A stretch of DNA of 64,000 bases, taken from contig JANNBC010000007.1 of NCBI GenBank assembly GCA_031385045.1, forward strand, positions 64,001-128,000, given 5' to 3'. How positions within the stretch are numbered: position 1 is the first letter of the stretch; each line of letters opens with the position of its first letter. Position numbers and translations under genes: made by a program. The notes beneath the pieces are model-generated. The model saw only the letters and a program-made list of their open reading frames with translations, was not told the origin of the DNA and ran no database searches. Positions 60,046 through 64,000 of this stretch are shown here, piece after piece. The DNA comes from a bacterium (GTDB taxonomy: Bacteria > Bdellovibrionota_C > UBA2361 > CALJRW01).

Positions 60046-62307
60046 TTAGGCAAATTGAAAAATAAGTTTTTCATCAACTAAGTCAATTTGAACATCTCCG
60101 CCTTTTTTTAATCGTCCAAAAAGAATTTCATCCGCTAAAGCATCTTTAATCTCTTTCTGAATTAATCGTCGCATTGGTCTGGCACCTAACTGTGTATCAA
60201 AGCCTTTACTTGCTAAATATTCCCGAGCTTTGAGACTAAGTTGTAACTTGATTTTTTTCTCTAGTAATTTTCCGGCCAAGTCAGCAATAAACTTATCAAC
60301 GATATTTAAAACAACCTCCGTTGGTAAAGCTTGGAAATAGATTGTCTCATCAAGTCGATTCCTAAATTCTGGACGAAACATCTGCTTCACAGCTTGTTCT
60401 CGTTTAGAATTAAATTGTGAGTTACCAAAGCCCAGCGCATTAGAACTTTCCGAACCAACATTACTAGTCATAATTAAAATACAATTTCGGAAATCGGCCT
60501 TACGCCCCTGAGCATCGGTCAGTGTGGCATCATCCATAATTTGCAACAAAATATTAAAAACATCGTAATGTGCTTTCTCAATTTCATCTAATAAAATGAC
60601 TGCATAAGGTTGCTTACGAACAAGATCAGTTAGAATCCCCCCTTCATCGTAACCAACATATCCTGGGGGCGCACCAACTAAACGAGCAACAGCATGCTTC
60701 TCCATGTATTCACTCATGTCAAAGCGCTGAAAAGGAACTTTTAAAACACTAGCTAGTTCTTTGGCCAATTCTGTTTTTCCAACACCAGTTGGCCCAGCAA
60801 AGAGAAAAGATCCAATTGGTTTTCGATCGTCTTGTAAGCTAGCCCTACTACGTTTAATTGCCTTACAAACAGCATCAACTGCGGCATCTTGCCCAAAAAC
60901 TCTTTCTTTTAATCGGATCTCAATATTTGCTAAATGATCAGAGTCCTGATCGTCAGGTGCATCAACTGGAACTCCAGCAATCATTGCGACAACATTAGCA
61001 ATTTCTTTTTCCCCAATAATTGCTTTTCTTTTCTTGGCAACAAGTAAGTTATTACTAGCAGCAGCTTCGTCTAGCACATCAATTGCTTTATCCGGCAAAA
61101 ATCGATCATTAATATGTTTCGCAGATAATTTAGCTGCTGCCTCTAATGCTAAATCACTAAAAGTAACATTGTGGTAATCTTCGAAATGCTTTTTTAGTCC
61201 TTTAAGAATCTCCACAGTCTCAGCAACTGTTGGCTCATTTAACGTAACCTTAGAGAAACGTCGGTTCAGTGCCCGATCTTTTTCAAAACTCTTTTTAAAT
61301 TCATCGTGCGTAGTGCTTCCAATACAACGAAGCAAGCCTTTTGCTAAAGCTGGCTTCAGTAGGTTAGCAGCATCTAAAGATCCAGCACCGGTCGATCCTG
61401 CTCCAACTAATGTATGAATTTCATCAATAAACAGAATTGGATTAGGCAATTCTGATAAATCCTTCAAGATCAACTGCAAACGCTCTTCTAATTCACCGCG
61501 AAACTTTGTACCGGCAATTAAAGTTCCAACTTCTAAAACAAATAATTCCGATTCTTTTAAAATATCAGGAACCTCGCCTCGCACTATCTTCTGAGCCAAA
61601 CCAGCCGCCATGGCAGTTTTACCAACACCAGCATCGCCAATTAAAATTGGATTGTTTTTTTGACGTCGACTTAAAATTTGAATCACTCGTTGCAATTCTA
61701 GATCCCGACCTATGACTGGATCTAAAGTTCCTTTCTTAGCCTCTTCTGTTAGATTTTCGGTGTAAAGACGAAGATATTTCCCTGCTGACTTTTGTTGTTG
61801 CTGTTCTTTTTCACGAACAATTAATTGCTTATCGGAATTATCAAAAAGCGGAAGCTTACTAATTCCATGAGTAATGTAATGAATTAATTCAATCTTAGTT
61901 AACCCTTGCTTCTTTAAATAATAGGCAGCATGCGAATCAGGCTCATCCAAGATTTGGATTAAAACTTCCTTTTCTGTAACCAGGTTCTTGCCAGCAGCTT
62001 TCATCTGGATAATGGCACGCTCTAAGACATTTTGGACTGCTGTAGTCTGAATTGGAGCAATTTCTTCAATCTCAAATTGACGTTGATCATCCCCAAGAGC
62101 AACAGTTTCAATACTTTCATCAAAATATTTTTCTAAGTCAGCTTTTAATGTATCAACATCACCACCTGCCTGCTTAATTATCTCACGGACATTATCATTA
62201 TGAATAAGAGCAAATAGAATATGCTCTAAACAAAAGTACTGATGCTTTCGACTAGAAGCCTCTTTGTAGGCAGCTTCCAGTAAGTAGGCAAATTCGGTAC
62301 TAAACAT
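60046..62307 (-). CDS. clpA: ATP-dependent Clp protease ATPase subunit ClpA
   Basis: Two Walker A motifs (GDAGVGKT, GPTGVGKT), no M-domain, LGF ClpP loop, adjacent clpS. Confidence 0.95.
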   Translation of the reverse strand: MFSTEFAYLLEAAYKEASSRKHQYFCLEHILFALIHNDNVREIIKQAGGDVDTLKADLEKYFDESIETVALGDDQRQFEIEEIAPIQTTAVQNVLERAIIQMKAAGKNLVTEKEVLIQILDEPDSHAAYYLKKQGLTKIELIHYITHGISKLPLFDNSDKQLIVREKEQQQQKSAGKYLRLYTENLTEEAKKGTLDPVIGRDLELQRVIQILSRRQKNNPILIGDAGVGKTAMAAGLAQKIVRGEVPDILKESELFVLEVGTLIAGTKFRGELEERLQLILKDLSELPNPILFIDEIHTLVGAGSTGAGSLDAANLLKPALAKGLLRCIGSTTHDEFKKSFEKDRALNRRFSKVTLNEPTVAETVEILKGLKKHFEDYHNVTFSDLALEAAAKLSAKHINDRFLPDKAIDVLDEAAASNNLLVAKKRKAIIGEKEIANVVAMIAGVPVDAPDDQDSDHLANIEIRLKERVFGQDAAVDAVCKAIKRSRASLQDDRKPIGSFLFAGPTGVGKTELAKELASVLKVPFQRFDMSEYMEKHAVARLVGAPPGYVGYDEGGILTDLVRKQPYAVILLDEIEKAHYDVFNILLQIMDDATLTDAQGRKADFRNCILIMTSNVGSESSNALGFGNSQFNSKREQAVKQMFRPEFRNRLDETIYFQALPTEVVLNIVDKFIADLAGKLLEKKIKLQLSLKAREYLASKGFDTQLGARPMRRLIQKEIKDALADEILFGRLKKGGDVQIDLVDEKLIFQFA

Positions 62308-62631
62308 TTAAACTTCCTCCATAATAGCTTTTAAAGGATAATCATGTGCCTCTGCCGTAAAATGAACTTGACGCACTTTGGTCTCAGCAATCTCCCGTGG
62401 ATAAATCCCACAAAGTCCTTTCCCCTCTTTATGTACCTTCATCATTACCCGCACAGCTTCTGCCGGATTCTTGTTAAAAATTGTCTCTAAAACATCAACT
62501 ACAAAGTCCATGCTAGTATAGTCGTCATTAAGTAGTAAAACCTTAAACAATTTTGGCTCCGCCAAATCAGTCTTATCTGCGACGGCAACTTCTCCTTCAG
62601 AGGCTGGGTTAGTATTCTTCTTGTTGGCCAT
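62308..62631 (-). CDS. clpS: Clp protease adaptor ClpS
   Basis: KVLLLNDDYTSMDFVV, EIAETK, YPL. Confidence 0.97.
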   Translation of the reverse strand: MANKKNTNPASEGEVAVADKTDLAEPKLFKVLLLNDDYTSMDFVVDVLETIFNKNPAEAVRVMMKVHKEGKGLCGIYPREIAETKVRQVHFTAEAHDYPLKAIMEEV

Positions 62632-62764
62632 TAATTTAACTTAAGTAGGGAGAAAAGAGGTTAATGCTGTAACCGTTCTCTTTAATTCTAATCTATCTTT
62701 TATCTTAGGAAAAGATTAGCATACTTACGTTCAAGATAGTAATAGATTTTAGCTAGACAACCCC

Positions 62765-63400
62765 ATGCAATGCCTTCAATGTGGAAAAGAAATTTTAAAT
62801 AATGCAAAAATTTGTCTTAGTTGCGCAGAAATCGCAATTAAAAGCTGCCAGTCTCCGGAGGCAAAATATAAGATTACAACAATTGGGAAAAGAGCTTCCG
62901 CCCTAACAGTGGAAAGTCTACTTTGGATGTTTTTAACATTCCTAGCAATTTACTTGATACTCAAAATTAATTTAAAAGGTGGGCATTCTTCTCTCACTGA
63001 GCAACTAGTTCCACTAGTTATCTCCCCCGATAAAACTCTAATCACCAAGATCGTCTTGCAATTACTGATCAGTGTAAATCTTCTAGCAATCATTTACACC
63101 GGATTAATGTTTCATTATTTTGGAACCACAATTGGCAAAATCTGCCTTGGAATTACAATTATTAATCAAAAAACTGGCCAAAAACTTAACTGGCTTGAAG
63201 GCATCCTGCGCGACTGGGTTTATAAATCTGGTTTAAACCTAATTGCCACTATCGCAACCTTTTATGCCTCTGCTTCTATAGCTTCCTTATTATCGGTAAT
63301 GGTGTTTATTATAACATTGGTTCAATACCTGCTACCGTTTATTGATAAAGAAAAAAAGGCCTTACATGACTACCTCTCTGGTACGATAGTAGTGGAATAA
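62765..63400 (+). CDS. RDD-family membrane protein with N-terminal zinc ribbon
   Basis: CLQC...CLSC; TIGK...R; LHDYLSGTIVV. Confidence 0.85.
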   Translation: MQCLQCGKEILNNAKICLSCAEIAIKSCQSPEAKYKITTIGKRASALTVESLLWMFLTFLAIYLILKINLKGGHSSLTEQLVPLVISPDKTLITKIVLQLLISVNLLAIIYTGLMFHYFGTTIGKICLGITIINQKTGQKLNWLEGILRDWVYKSGLNLIATIATFYASASIASLLSVMVFIITLVQYLLPFIDKEKKALHDYLSGTIVVE

Positions 63401-63437
63401 AAATGCAAGAAATTAATGAATTCATAAATAACTTACT

Positions 63438-64000
63438 ATGGCTATTATCGCATTTCCGCCATTAGATACTGCAGATGTTGATGGACTCCTAGCTTTTGGC
63501 GGAGACTTAGAAGTAGAGTCCTTACTGCTGGCCTATCAAAGTGGCATCTTCCCCTGGCCCCATAACAAGTTTGAACTCCTTTGGTTTGCTCCTCCAATTA
63601 GAGCGATCTTAGAAATAGAAAATTTTCATATTAGTAAGAGCTTAAAAAGAGTTATCAATCAAAAAAATTACGAATTCCATAAAAATAAGGATTTTCAGTC
63701 GGTAATTACCCACTGCGCCAATGTCCCTAGAGTTGGACAGCCTGGGACTTGGATTACTAAACGGATGATAAAAGCCTACATTGATTTACACTTAGCAAAT
63801 TACGCTGATTCTTATGAAATTTATCAAGATAATAAATTAGTGGGTGGAGTCTATGGAGTAAGAATTAAAAACTACTTTGCCGCCGAATCAATGTTTCATT
63901 TGACTGATAATGCTTCTAAGCTAGCCTTATATCATTTAACAGAAGATCTAAAACAACAAGGAATTACTTGGCTAGATTGCCAAGTTCAAAATCCATTTTT
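63438..64000 (+). CDS. aat: Leucyl/phenylalanyl-tRNA--protein transferase, partial (runs off window end)
   Basis: Not in ORF track. Hand translation: MAIIAFPPLDTADVDGLLAFGGDL...AYQSGIFPW...GTWI...ESMF...ASK...DCQ. Confidence 0.93.
   Translation, partial: MAIIAFPPLDTADVDGLLAFGGDLEVESLLLAYQSGIFPWPHNKFELLWFAPPIRAILEIENFHISKSLKRVINQKNYEFHKNKDFQSVITHCANVPRVGQPGTWITKRMIKAYIDLHLANYADSYEIYQDNKLVGGVYGVRIKNYFAAESMFHLTDNASKLALYHLTEDLKQQGITWLDCQVQNPF

Overview
AT-rich bacterial chromosomal segment (GC roughly mid-30s % by eye). Myxobacterial-type Cys-rich repeats, a type IV pilin and a clpS-clpA-aat cluster suggest an uncultured deltaproteobacteria-like lineage (Bdellovibrionota/Myxococcota relative); this is inference only. 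Housekeeping blocks: heme O/heme A synthases plus SCO; pyrD/pyrF/pyrE; lysine catabolism lat-pcd-gcdH; lemA/TPM; bioB; a DEAD-box helicase; an M3 peptidase; a CDF transporter; clpS-clpA-aat. Accessory content: three GT-C-type membrane glycosyltransferases around a pilin; a methyltransferase/FAD-oxidoreductase/type III PKS cluster; a csbD-elaB-yqjE-like stress block with cardiolipin synthase. Most unusual: (1) two tandem secreted Ig/Cys-repeat proteins, each carrying a different C-terminal self-processing module (a FrpC-type Ca2+ module with Ser-Pro in place of Asp-Pro, and a Hint domain lacking His-Asn); (2) a solo Cas4-like nuclease split into two membrane-anchored genes that would share the Fe-S ligands; (3) a candidate ~67-nt anti-Shine-Dalgarno sRNA with a sigma28-like promoter upstream of the pilin; (4) a multi-hairpin REP/MITE-like repeat family between convergent genes; (5) two single-base frameshifts (tonB poly-T, orphan gene). 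No tRNA, rRNA, CRISPR array, transposase or integrase was recognised.
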